In this document: positions 8,399 through 17,508 of the stretch, one piece after another
Numbering within the stretch: position 1 is the stretch's first letter
How the letters are laid out: the number at the start of each line of letters is the position of its first letter
NCBI GenBank assembly: GCA_039915715.1
Contig: JBDSMV010000100.1
Coordinates: 1-38,691 of the forward strand
Length of the DNA stretch: 38,691 bases
From: Rubrivivax sp.
GTDB lineage: Bacteria > Pseudomonadota > Gammaproteobacteria > Burkholderiales > Burkholderiaceae_C
Reading direction: 5' to 3'
Position numbers and translations under genes: made by a program
The notes under the pieces: generated by a model
What the model saw: the letters and a program-made list of their open reading frames with translations, nothing else
Told to the model about the DNA's origin: nothing
Databases searched by the model: none

Positions 8399-8895
8399 GG
8401 TGCTCGATCAGATGTCGACTGGGGGTCGATCAGGTACAGCGTTCGGGAGCGTCCGCGCGCACTGCGGACCACGAGATGGGTGTCGGATATCGAGAGGATG
8501 CGGTCCCCGTCGGGCAGCTTATCGCCCTTGCGCAGCTCCATGGGCTTGTGGCCCGTGGCCGTCAGCAGCGCATAACGGTCGGACCCGCGCACCACCAGCG
8601 CCGACAGGCGCCACAGCACAGGCGGCTCGGTCACCGCCGGCGCGGGCGCCCCGTCGGGTCCAAGCGGGCCGCGGTCGAGGTTCAGCGGGTCGACGGCGGC
8701 GATCCGCCGCGCCAGCTCCTGGGGCGAGGCGGCATCGGTGTCGGCCGCAGCCGAGGCAGCGGCCCGATTGGCTGCGCCAGCGCCCTCCACCGTTGCCGGC
8801 GTCTGCTGCTGCCACCACCAACCGAGTGCGGCTGCCGCCAGCCAGATCGGCAACGCCACAACCCATCGGGCCAGGCTGGCGGACCAAGGCGGCAT
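8395..8895 (-). CDS. GspC-like inner-membrane connector (TM + HR-like domain, no PDZ)
   Basis: One N-terminal TM, an Ala-rich linker and WRLSALVVRG..RYALL...LRKGDKLPDGDRILSI..THLVV, resembling the GspC-HR/PilP fold. ATGA overlap with gspD. Confidence 0.55.
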   Translation of the reverse strand: MPPWSASLARWVVALPIWLAAAALGWWWQQQTPATVEGAGAANRAAASAAADTDAASPQELARRIAAVDPLNLDRGPLGPDGAPAPAVTEPPVLWRLSALVVRGSDRYALLTATGHKPMELRKGDKLPDGDRILSISDTHLVVRSARGRSRTLYLIDPQSTSDRAP

Positions 8896-9614
8896 CAGCG
8901 TCCACCCCTGCGGGCGGGAGCCGGCACGGCACCCCTCACTGGCGCCGACGCTGTCGGCAGCGAGGCGACCTGGGGTTGCAGCAAAACCGGCACCGACACC
9001 GTCATCTGCAGCTGCCGCGACTGCCCCGACACGGTCAGCGCGTCGATCCGTGCAAGTTGACCGCCGCCCTCGATCGCCACCAAGGTTTTCTCCAGCACGC
9101 CGGGCAGCAGCACCACCGTCACGCCGGCCCGCACGCGGACGATGTCGGCGTCGCTTACTGCGCTCACGGGTTCAACGCCTGGGCCAGCCACAGAAAACCG
9201 TCCGCCGGTAACGGTGCTCCCGATCGCCCCCGGGGCTTGCGACGGAGGAAGCTGCGAAGCCATCAGGCCGATGACGGGGCGACCGCCGGCGGCGCTGTCT
9301 GGCAGCACCCGTCCCAACCAGTCGGCCAACCGGGCCTGCGCTTGCGCCTGCGAAGGTGCCGTCCAGAGGCGCTCGCGCAAGGCCTGCGCTTCTTGGTTGG
9401 CCGCCGTCGTGCGGGCGGCCCAATCGTCTGACGCACTGGCGCCGGCCAGCACCGTTGCCCGTGCCCTGGCGCTGGCCAGCTCGGCGAGCATTGACTGATG
9501 AGCCGCCATCGCGCGCAGAGCCCCTTCACCCAGCACGATCAGCGCCACGACGCCCAGCAGCCACAACAGCCGCGGGTTGATCTGAAAGCGCGATGCGGAT
9601 TCCGGCATGACCAT
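8895..9614 (-). CDS. GspM-like inner-membrane platform protein
   Basis: Single N-terminal TM, coiled segment and ferredoxin-like C-terminal pattern. Lies between the GspL-like and GspC-like genes. Start could be 9608. Confidence 0.55.
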   Translation of the reverse strand: MVMPESASRFQINPRLLWLLGVVALIVLGEGALRAMAAHQSMLAELASARARATVLAGASASDDWAARTTAANQEAQALRERLWTAPSQAQAQARLADWLGRVLPDSAAGGRPVIGLMASQLPPSQAPGAIGSTVTGGRFSVAGPGVEPVSAVSDADIVRVRAGVTVVLLPGVLEKTLVAIEGGGQLARIDALTVSGQSRQLQMTVSVPVLLQPQVASLPTASAPVRGAVPAPARRGGR

Positions 9615-9617
9615 CGT

Positions 9618-10730
9618 CTAGCGGCCCGGGTTCAACAACCGGCCCGGGGATGGCTCCGCGACGACCCGGGTGCTGAGCGCGATCGAGTTGCCGGCGCCTT
9701 CCTGGCCGACTTGTAGCGGCCCGAGTCCAGGCACGCTTTCGAGTCGGCGGGTGACCTGCAGCAAGGGCAGCGCGTTGTTGCCGGGCAAGGCCAGCGTCAT
9801 CTTCAGCTGGCCGTCGGTGTAAGCCCACTCCCGCAGTCTGACCGCGGTGTCGGTTGCGGCCGGCGACCCTGGCGCCAGGTTCGCGACCGGTGCGCCAGAG
9901 GTCGCCAACCGCTCGAAGACGCCGCTTTCGGCCACCCTGGCCAGCAATTCGAGCTGGGACGTGGCGGGTACCAGGCGGCGCAACGCCCCGAGCTCGGTGG
10001 CGGCGCGTTGGTAGGTGGCGCGCGCAAGCAGGCTGCTTTCGCGGCCGCCTTTCAATGCTTGCAATCGATCGTTTTCCTCTTGCAGCTGGCGGCGGGCCTG
10101 CAGGTGAGCGCCGGCACCAGCGGCCACCACGGCCCCGAGCGCGACCAGAGCGGCTTTCCAGCCCCAGCCTTTCCAGGGGTCGGCGGCCGGCAGGTTGTCC
10201 GCAGGCTGCCAGCGGACGTTGCCCCGCGGCAGCGGCGCCGCGTCCACCGCGGCCGGCAGTGGATGCGCGTCGGGGTCGAGTCCGCAGCCGCGCACGAAGG
10301 CGAGCCAACCGGCATCGGTGGCCCCATCGGCGAAGAATCGGCTGTGGGTGAGATCGCCGGTCGGACTCCAACATTGACCCTCGGCGCCGTCCTGCCGGCG
10401 CACGATCCGCAGGCCCGAGCCTGGCGCTTCCAATGCAGGCTCGGCCCAGGCACCACGCTGGCGTGGGCTGTGCACAGCGGAGTCGATCGGCCACATCCAG
10501 GCGGCCACCATGCCGTCCTGCTGCTGCCGCCAGACGAATCCGAACAAGCCGCCATGCTGGTACTGCGTCAACTGCAAGCGCAGGGCGCCGGCGAGTTGAC
10601 GGCGCACGACTCCCGGCATCGGCAGCCGAACGAAGGTGGCGTCGCGACGGCGCACCACTGCGCGAGGCGCGCGCAGGTCACCCCATATGGAGCGGGAGCG
10701 GAACGAAGCGGGGCTGACAGCGGTGCTCAT
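9618..10730 (-). CDS. GspL/PilN-like platform protein
   Basis: Cytoplasmic N-domain, central TM (WGWKAALVALGAVVAAG), coiled coil and periplasmic domain. ATG 10730 overlaps the gspK stop (TGATG). Confidence 0.6.
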   Translation of the reverse strand: MSTAVSPASFRSRSIWGDLRAPRAVVRRRDATFVRLPMPGVVRRQLAGALRLQLTQYQHGGLFGFVWRQQQDGMVAAWMWPIDSAVHSPRQRGAWAEPALEAPGSGLRIVRRQDGAEGQCWSPTGDLTHSRFFADGATDAGWLAFVRGCGLDPDAHPLPAAVDAAPLPRGNVRWQPADNLPAADPWKGWGWKAALVALGAVVAAGAGAHLQARRQLQEENDRLQALKGGRESSLLARATYQRAATELGALRRLVPATSQLELLARVAESGVFERLATSGAPVANLAPGSPAATDTAVRLREWAYTDGQLKMTLALPGNNALPLLQVTRRLESVPGLGPLQVGQEGAGNSIALSTRVVAEPSPGRLLNPGR

Positions 10731-11779
10731 CACTGAATGACGCCGAACGGCGACCGGATCGCTTCGGGCGCCGCGGCGGGCGCAGCAGTTGGCAACATCT
10801 GAACCTCGTCCGCCCGGGGCAGGGGCTCGGTGCGCATCATGCGCACGCTGTACTCGACATGCCAGGGTCCTTCGCCAAGATCGAACGTGGCCGTCAGACT
10901 GAGGGCCTGGCACCAGGCAACCGATGCCGGGCAGACCGTCACCAGCGTCGATGGCGACGGCAGCGTCATGAACCGGCCGGCCGCCAGGAAACTGCCGCCG
11001 GCCAGGTTGGGCAGCGATTCTATGGCCACCGGTGCGCCGGCCGGCCGCAACGCCAGCAGCGTGCGGGCGGTGATTAGGTCGGTGCCGCCAAGGGCAGCCA
11101 GCACTGGCGCGCTGACGGTGTTGCGGTTGACGGTGCCGACGTTGGTGATGCTGGTGTTGGCGATCACGCGTTGCAGCGTCGCTTCGTCCAGATCGCGCCA
11201 GCGTGCGATGCGTCTCAGCTCCATCGGTGAGACCAGCGGCGCGTTGCGCGGTGGCGGCAGCTTCGCCTCGGCATAGTCCGCCGCCTCGGCGCCGTTGAGG
11301 CGACGCAGCGAGTCGGCGTCGGCATAGTCGAGCAGCGAATCGACCAGACCCAGAATCTGCTCGGGCGGCAGGCCGAGCACGGCCAGCAGCGCCTGCAGGT
11401 CGGGCTCGGTGGCGCGGCGAAGGCTCATCAGACCGGCGGCGTCCTGCCAGCGCACGAAGGTGCCGGCGGCGCTGCGGTACCAGCGGCCGTCGATCTCGAT
11501 TTCACCCAGGCGGCTGCCGCGTCGGTATCTCGTGCCCATCAGCACCAGCGCTTCGGCGACCGTGTTGTGCACCTGCACCGTTGCCTGCTGCTCCTGGCGC
11601 GACGCCAGCACCAGCGCACGCAACTGGTCGCTGCGGTGCGACATCACCGCCACGCCGACCGCCACGATGGCCAGGGTAACGATCGTTACCGGCAGCACGA
11701 AGCCGGCCGCCCGCCTGCGGTGATGGCGAGGGTCTCCCGGCGACAACCGGGAGCAGCCACGGCGCGGGGCTGCAGACAT
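10730..11779 (-). CDS. gspK: Minor pseudopilin GspK
   Basis: G|FVLPVTIV (no Glu5, typical of K), QDAAGL.SL, LLDYADAD..RRLNGAE..DY...PRN.PL....EL..I. ATG 11779 overlaps the gspJ stop. Confidence 0.88.
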   Translation of the reverse strand: MSAAPRRGCSRLSPGDPRHHRRRAAGFVLPVTIVTLAIVAVGVAVMSHRSDQLRALVLASRQEQQATVQVHNTVAEALVLMGTRYRRGSRLGEIEIDGRWYRSAAGTFVRWQDAAGLMSLRRATEPDLQALLAVLGLPPEQILGLVDSLLDYADADSLRRLNGAEAADYAEAKLPPPRNAPLVSPMELRRIARWRDLDEATLQRVIANTSITNVGTVNRNTVSAPVLAALGGTDLITARTLLALRPAGAPVAIESLPNLAGGSFLAAGRFMTLPSPSTLVTVCPASVAWCQALSLTATFDLGEGPWHVEYSVRMMRTEPLPRADEVQMLPTAAPAAAPEAIRSPFGVIQ

Positions 11780-12465
11780 CAGTTGGGCATCAGGTCGCCG
11801 AACGGCGAGGTGGGCTCGGGCAACACCCAGGCGCTGGCACGCGGCGCCATCAGCAACGTCATCGGCCGCGCCTGGTCCTGAAACTGCAAGGTGAGCTGGA
11901 TCAGCGAAGGGATCGTCTTCGGCGGGCCCCCGTTGCCGGTCGGTGTGGCGGACAACGGCGTGGTGGTCGACGGCGCGGGCCAGCTGTCGTGCAGGACGCC
12001 ACTGGCGTCGGCATAGCGGAATTCGGCCAGTTGCAGACGCCACGGGTAGGTCGTGGCAGGCTCGCCGGGGTGTTCGATGCGCAGAGTCAGGCTGGGGTCG
12101 CCGCTCTTGAACTGCACCGAAGTCGCGAGCGGGGCCGAACCCAAACCGGGCATCAGTGACGACGCCGTTTCGCTGATGAAGCCGTGGCGGTCGCCGGTGA
12201 AGACCAGCCCTTCGCGGTCGGGGGCCGTCTGCAGCTCACTCACCAGTTGCCGCATCGCCATCGAGAACTGCTGCTGCTGGCGAATCTGGTCGGCGGCGGC
12301 CGTCAACCGTTGTTGCGCTTGCAGCGACTGGAACCAGCCGGCCATCAAGACCGAAAACAAGAGCGCAAAGATCACCACGGTGACCAGCACCTCCAGCAGC
12401 GAAAAGCCGGCCTGGGTGGCGACCTGTCGCGTTGGCGGCGGCGCCTTCGGGGCGGCGCGCTTCAC
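11779..12465 (-). CDS. gspJ: Minor pseudopilin GspJ
   Basis: Class III signal QAG|FSLLEVLV; C-terminal SWP...IPSLIQL. GTG start overlaps the gspI stop (GTGA). Confidence 0.8.
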   Translation of the reverse strand: MKRAAPKAPPPTRQVATQAGFSLLEVLVTVVIFALLFSVLMAGWFQSLQAQQRLTAAADQIRQQQQFSMAMRQLVSELQTAPDREGLVFTGDRHGFISETASSLMPGLGSAPLATSVQFKSGDPSLTLRIEHPGEPATTYPWRLQLAEFRYADASGVLHDSWPAPSTTTPLSATPTGNGGPPKTIPSLIQLTLQFQDQARPMTLLMAPRASAWVLPEPTSPFGDLMPN

Positions 12466-12941
12466 CCTGGCGTCACCGGCGCAAAGCCCGGTGGTCCCTT
12501 GGACTTTTCGCGCACCTGACGGTACCCCGCGACATCGCGGTGCGTCACCAGGGGCTCGCCGCGGGACTCCAGATCGTCGACGCTGAAGCGCACGTCGTAC
12601 AAGGTGATGCGGTAAGGCCCGAGTCCCATCGGATGGCGGGCCTGGTCGCTGCTGCTGCGTTCGGCCACTGTCTGCCAGCGGTACCGATGGGTGGGGGTAA
12701 GCCATTCGCCGCCGGGGCGCTCGGCCGGGTTCAGGCTGGCAGCCAGTTCGGTGACGTTGCGTTCGATCTCGACTTCCTGCTGCACCTGTACGGCTCGCGA
12801 AGCCGTCTGCAAGGTCTGGCCGGCCCAGACGAACAGGGCCGCACCGAAGCCGGAGATGACCACCAGCGCCACCACCACCTCGATCAGCGACAACCCGCGC
12901 TGAGCCCGCGCGCCGCCATGCCACGCCGCCGCGTGTGTCAT
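12462..12941 (-). CDS. gspI: Minor pseudopilin GspI
   Basis: QRG|LSLIEVVVALVVI prepilin motif; size and position in the pseudopilin run. Confidence 0.8.
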   Translation of the reverse strand: MTHAAAWHGGARAQRGLSLIEVVVALVVISGFGAALFVWAGQTLQTASRAVQVQQEVEIERNVTELAASLNPAERPGGEWLTPTHRYRWQTVAERSSSDQARHPMGLGPYRITLYDVRFSVDDLESRGEPLVTHRDVAGYRQVREKSKGPPGFAPVTPG

Positions 12942-13372
12942 GCCACCTCGGTCACGCCGATGGCGCAGGTGGCGCGCGCCACCGTGATGCGCCAGCGCTG
13001 GCCGGTGCTGGCCTGGGTGAACAGCACTGACCCCGCTGCGCAGGCTGTGGAATGCCAGAAACGGGCCGCGGTCTCGACCGTGGCGGTCCAGCCCGGCGGG
13101 ATGTCGATCGGAGGGTTGCCATCGGGCAGCGCCAGCGCCAGCGCCTTCTGGTCCAGCACCAGATCGATGCCGAGCGTGGCGACACGGGCTGGCAAACCCT
13201 GTGCGCTGCTGCCGAGTTGTTGCAGGTCGGCGTCGGCGAACGCCGTGTCCAGTCGGCGCGCCATGTTCGGCAGCGCCACTGCCGCCAGCAGCGCAACGAT
13301 CGCCAGCGCGATCAGCGTCTCAAGCAGCGTGAAGCCGGTCAGCCTGCCGGCCCCGAGAGGGCCCGTGCGCAT
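12938..13372 (-). CDS. gspH: Minor pseudopilin GspH-like
   Basis: TG|FTLLETLIALAIVALLAAVALP. Start set at ATG 13372; stop overlaps the gspI start. Confidence 0.75.
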   Translation of the reverse strand: MRTGPLGAGRLTGFTLLETLIALAIVALLAAVALPNMARRLDTAFADADLQQLGSSAQGLPARVATLGIDLVLDQKALALALPDGNPPIDIPPGWTATVETAARFWHSTACAAGSVLFTQASTGQRWRITVARATCAIGVTEVA

Positions 13373-13382
13373 GGTCGAAGGC

Positions 13383-13904
13383 TCAGCGCTGGGCTGGGAT
13401 GGTGTTGCCGACGCGACCGATGTCAGCGTCGTTGCCTTCACCACCTGCCCTGCCGTCGGCCCCCAGCGAAACGATCGTGAATGCATGGCCGTTGTCGCCG
13501 GGGATCTGGTATTGGTAGGTGTTGCCCCAAGGGTCCAGCGGCACGGCTTCATCCAGATACGGTCCCTTCCAGCGCTGGCGCAACGTCGGGTCGGAAGGTG
13601 GGGTCACGAGCATCGCCAGGCCCACGTCGCCTGGCGGATAGCTGCCCAGGTCCAGGCGCATGGTCTCGATGGCGCCGCGCAGTAATTTGACCTGCACGCC
13701 TGCGGTCTGGACCTTGGAGGAATCGACCTTCGAGAACAGTCGTGGGCCCACCAGGCCGGCAATCAAGCCGATGATCACCAGCACCACCAGCATCTCCAAC
13801 AACGTGAAGCCGGCCGCGCGAAGGCGTTCGGGCCGGTTCAGCGGGGTCTGGCGCTGAGCGGCGCGGCGGCCGGCAGCAGGGATCAGACGGGTGGGCGAAG
13901 GCAA
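13383..13904 (-). CDS. gspG: Major pseudopilin GspG
   Basis: AG|FTLLEMLVVLVIIGLIAGLVGP, LDLGSYP, WKGPYL, DPWG..YQY, SLGADG..GGEG.DADIG. Probable TTG start 3 nt after the gspF stop (uncertain). Confidence 0.93.
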   Translation of the reverse strand: MPSPTRLIPAAGRRAAQRQTPLNRPERLRAAGFTLLEMLVVLVIIGLIAGLVGPRLFSKVDSSKVQTAGVQVKLLRGAIETMRLDLGSYPPGDVGLAMLVTPPSDPTLRQRWKGPYLDEAVPLDPWGNTYQYQIPGDNGHAFTIVSLGADGRAGGEGNDADIGRVGNTIPAQR

Positions 13905-13906
13905 GT

Positions 13907-15148
13907 TCAGAACCGGATGTCGTTGAGCGATGTGATGGCGAGCACCACGCCCACGATGATGGCCGCGATGATACCGCCCAGCACCAGGATCGATGCCGGC
14001 TCGATCAGGGCCACCAGGCGCTTGCGCTGGCGCCGGTTCTGCTCCAGCGCATGCCGCGCCACGTGGCCCATCATCGGCCCGACCTGCCCGGTCTGCTCGC
14101 CCACCCGCACCATGCTCAGCGCGCTGACCGGCAGCAGGCGCCGTTCGGCGAAGCTGCGCGACATGGTCTCGCCGCGGCCGATGTCGCCGATAGCCCCACG
14201 CAGGCTGCCACGCACGTCCGCCAGCCCGACCGCACTGGCTGTCAGGTCCAGCGCAGTCAGGATCGGCACCCGGCTCTGCAGCATCAGCGACAGCATGCCG
14301 GTCCAGCGCGACAACTCCTGCTGGCGGATCCACGTGCCCAACACGGGCAGGCCGGCCAATCCGCTGCGGATGCGGTCACCGCCCAGCAGCCGCCACACCG
14401 TCACTGCGGCGGCGACCACCACGCCGATGGCCAGCGCGATCGCGGTGCCGTGGGCGTTGACAGCCTCGCCGGTGGCCATCACCACGCTCGACAGCCACGG
14501 CAACTCGGCGCGGCGTCCTGCCAGCAGCGACGAGAAGCGCGGCACCACGAACGAGAACACGAACAGCACCGCGCCGATGCCAGCGGTGATCAGGATCGCC
14601 GGGTACACCAGCGCTTCGGAGGTTTCGGCGCGCACCTGTTCGTCGAACTCCATCTGCTCGGCCGCCCGCCCCAGTGCATTGGCCAGGTCGCCGGTCGATT
14701 CGCCGGCCGAGATCAGCGCCACGACATACGACGGCAGGGCGAGCGGCCCCGCGCTGACCTGGGCCCGCACCGCCGCCGAGAAGCGCTCACCACCCAGCAC
14801 CTGCGTCAGCACCGCTGTCAGCGCCGGCTCCAGGTGCAGGCCACGCCGGCTCTGGATCAAGGTGCGCAGCGACTCTTCCAGCGTCACCCCGGCTGCCAGC
14901 AGCGAAGCCAGCTCCCGCACGGTCAGCACCAGGGCAACGCGGCCGGCACTTTCGCGGCGTTGCCAGGCCGTGGCACCCGAGCCCGCAGGCGGATTGCCGC
15001 TGGCATTGCGGCGCGGCGCGGCGCGCATCGACACCGGTGTGAGACCCCGGCGCAGCAACTGCGCGACGGCGTCGGCTTCGGCGTCGGCTTCTTCGAACCC
15101 GCGTTGCGTGCTGCCGTCGGCGCCCAGGGCCTGGTACTCGAACTGCAT
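13907..15148 (-). CDS. gspF: Type II secretion inner-membrane protein GspF
   Basis: F.YQAL..DG...G..EA, RELASLL.AG..L, GE.TG.L, ALVYP..., VVPRF, M.RVGEQTG, LIEP. GAGGA RBS. Confidence 0.93.
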   Translation of the reverse strand: MQFEYQALGADGSTQRGFEEADAEADAVAQLLRRGLTPVSMRAAPRRNASGNPPAGSGATAWQRRESAGRVALVLTVRELASLLAAGVTLEESLRTLIQSRRGLHLEPALTAVLTQVLGGERFSAAVRAQVSAGPLALPSYVVALISAGESTGDLANALGRAAEQMEFDEQVRAETSEALVYPAILITAGIGAVLFVFSFVVPRFSSLLAGRRAELPWLSSVVMATGEAVNAHGTAIALAIGVVVAAAVTVWRLLGGDRIRSGLAGLPVLGTWIRQQELSRWTGMLSLMLQSRVPILTALDLTASAVGLADVRGSLRGAIGDIGRGETMSRSFAERRLLPVSALSMVRVGEQTGQVGPMMGHVARHALEQNRRQRKRLVALIEPASILVLGGIIAAIIVGVVLAITSLNDIRF

Positions 15149-15204
15149 GTCGGCGGTCCTCTGCTCAGGCGCCGGTGATGGTCGCCGCGCTGCAGGGCTC
15201 GAAT

Positions 15205-16320
15205 TCAGTGTGCAGCGGTTGCAGGCAGCGGTGTGAGGTAATCATCGATCAGGTAGGGCGCCTGCAGTGCGAGCGTGGCTGCGGCATGGACCAGCAGATA
15301 AGTGGTGGCAATGGCGATTCTGAGTCCCTTCTGCTGCACGGCGGCGCGCACCAGCATCGGCATCAGCAGCACCTCGACGAAGCCGAGCGCCGAAGACAGC
15401 CGTGCGCTCAGGATCAGGAAGTCGTAGAACCCCAGGCGCAGCCCCAGGCTGGCGGCGAACAGGCCGACCATCAGCCGATACACGCGGGTCTGCAGCAATG
15501 CCGGCGGCGCCGCCAGTACGAACAGCAGCAGCAGCAGCTCGGCGCGGATGTTGGCAGGCGCCAGCAGGCTGCGATCGCCGCTGTATTCCTCGTCCACCGC
15601 GTAGACGCTGAGCCGCCCCAGTGCGCTGATCACGTCCAACTGCATGAAGGCCCGCGCCGCCAGCACCGAAAGCGCGGCGATGACCACGCACCACAGCAGC
15701 AGCCGCAGTCGCGTGGGCCTGGGCGTTGTCAGGTGCAGCAGGCGTGCCCCCACCAGCAGGAACACTGCCGTGGCATGCATGCAGGCCGCCGCCACCACCG
15801 CCGCGGCGGTCTTCCACAGCGGCAGCCGCCCAGCCGGGATCAGGGTCAGCATCGCCAGTGCGAAGGCCATGCCCAGGCCTTGGCGGATCTGCATCAGCTG
15901 CTGCAGCAGGAAAAAGCTGCCGAGGTAGTAGGGGGCGATCGCCGGCAGGCTCAAACCGACCCGACGCGCTGCGATCGCCAGGAACCAGAAGGTCAGCAGC
16001 GAGTAGACGAAGAACAGCGCCACCGGTCCGAGTCCGATGCCGTTCAGCACCCAGCTCAGCAGCCCGAAGCCCCACTCCATGCCGAAGCTGCCGTAGTAGC
16101 CGAGCGGGTCTGAAGGAAAGTTCAACGTCTGCGCGAAGGCATCGATGTAGGTGTCGGTGTCGCGGGTGGCGCCACGCCACGCCACGGCCAGCATCACCGG
16201 CAGGAACAGCAGCAGCCAGGCAGGATGCGGCCGGCGCACGCGCCAGGCCCAGGCAGGGCGCAGCGAGGATGGAGTCTGGGTTGTAGCCATGCGCGAGGGG
16301 TGCGGAGGCGCCGGACTCAA
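15205..16320 (-). CDS. EpsG-family polysaccharide polymerase (Wzy-like)
   Basis: About 10 TM segments; motifs RG...D..TY, EWGF, QIRQGL, H.TA. TTG start overlaps the wecB stop (alternative ATG 16290). Confidence 0.75.
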   Translation of the reverse strand: MSPAPPHPSRMATTQTPSSLRPAWAWRVRRPHPAWLLLFLPVMLAVAWRGATRDTDTYIDAFAQTLNFPSDPLGYYGSFGMEWGFGLLSWVLNGIGLGPVALFFVYSLLTFWFLAIAARRVGLSLPAIAPYYLGSFFLLQQLMQIRQGLGMAFALAMLTLIPAGRLPLWKTAAAVVAAACMHATAVFLLVGARLLHLTTPRPTRLRLLLWCVVIAALSVLAARAFMQLDVISALGRLSVYAVDEEYSGDRSLLAPANIRAELLLLLFVLAAPPALLQTRVYRLMVGLFAASLGLRLGFYDFLILSARLSSALGFVEVLLMPMLVRAAVQQKGLRIAIATTYLLVHAAATLALQAPYLIDDYLTPLPATAAH

Positions 16321-17480
16321 GTCGTCCCGCTGGCCTGCAGGATCGCCGCCACCGTGCGCTCGGCGGCATGGCCGTCGCCATACGGGTTGCGGGCCTGGGC
16401 CATGGCCGCGTAGGCGTGCCCGTCGTCCAGCAACCGGGTGGCTTGCTGCACCAACCTGTCGCCATCTCGCCCCACGAGCAGCGCGGTGCCGGCCTCGATC
16501 GCTTCCGGCCGTTCAGTGGTGTCGCGCGTCACCAGCACCGGCTTGCCGAGCCCGGGGGCCTCTTCCTGCACGCCGCCGCTGTCGGTGATGACGAAATGAC
16601 AACGGCGCAGCATCGCAACGAAACACGGGTGGTCCATCGGCTCGGTCAGGTGCACCCCTGCCGTGTCGGACAGCAGGCCCTGCACCTGCTGCCGCACGGC
16701 AGGGTTCAGGTGCACCGGGTAGACGATCTCGACATTGCCGCGTGCGGCCAGCCGCTTCAGACTCTGGCACATCTGCGCCAGGCCCGCGTCCAGGTTTTCG
16801 CGCCGGTGGCCCGTGACAAGGATGATGCGACGCCCGCTGCCCAGCACCACGGGGGCCAGTGGCCCCAGGAAGGCTTGCAAGGAGGCGGGGGTGTCGGGCC
16901 GCGAGTCGACCCAGTGCAGCGCGTCGATAACGCTGTTGCCGGTGACGACGATGCGCTCGTCTGCGATGCCTTCGCGCCGCAGGTTGCCGGCGGCCCATTC
17001 GGTGGGCGCGCAGTGCAGATCGGCAAAGAGGCCGATGGCGCGGCGGTTCAACTCTTCCGGCCAGGGCGACTGCAGGTTGCCGGTGCGCAGCCCGGCTTCG
17101 ACATGAACCACCCGCACGCGTTCGTGAAACGCCGCCAGCGCCGCGGTGAACGCGGTGGTGGTGTCGCCCTGCACCATGACCCAGTCGGGCTTGAAGCTGC
17201 GGATCACGCGTTGCACGCCGAGCATCGCCGCAGCCGCCAGTTCATTGAGCGACTGACCAGGCCGCATCAGCTGCAAGTCTTCGTCGGGCGTCAGGCCGAA
17301 GACCTGCAGCACATGGTCGAGCATCTGGCGGTGCTGCCCGGTGGAGCACAGGCGGTGCTCGATGCGGGGTTGCTGCAGGCAGGCCCTAACGATCGGCGCC
17401 AGCTTGATCGCTTCCGGCCGGGTGCCGAGCACGGTCAGCAGCCGGATCGGCGTTGGATCGGTTGCGACGGGGGCGGGCAT
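16317..17480 (-). CDS. wecB: UDP-N-acetylglucosamine 2-epimerase (non-hydrolysing)
   Basis: GTRPEAIKLAP, TGQHRQM, QGDTTT, HVEAGLRT, SPWPEE.NR, TGHRREN, TDSGGVQEEAP, TERPE, NPYGDG. Confidence 0.96.
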   Translation of the reverse strand: MPAPVATDPTPIRLLTVLGTRPEAIKLAPIVRACLQQPRIEHRLCSTGQHRQMLDHVLQVFGLTPDEDLQLMRPGQSLNELAAAAMLGVQRVIRSFKPDWVMVQGDTTTAFTAALAAFHERVRVVHVEAGLRTGNLQSPWPEELNRRAIGLFADLHCAPTEWAAGNLRREGIADERIVVTGNSVIDALHWVDSRPDTPASLQAFLGPLAPVVLGSGRRIILVTGHRRENLDAGLAQMCQSLKRLAARGNVEIVYPVHLNPAVRQQVQGLLSDTAGVHLTEPMDHPCFVAMLRRCHFVITDSGGVQEEAPGLGKPVLVTRDTTERPEAIEAGTALLVGRDGDRLVQQATRLLDDGHAYAAMAQARNPYGDGHAAERTVAAILQASGTT

Positions 17481-17508
17481 CGAAGGCAGGGGTGATGGCA
17501 GCACGGGG

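Noticed and set aside
10730-15148. Type IV pilus, MSHA or Tad interpretation of the pilin-like genes
   Set aside because: Clear GspG and GspK signatures and a GspD-type secretin; no PilT or Tad components.
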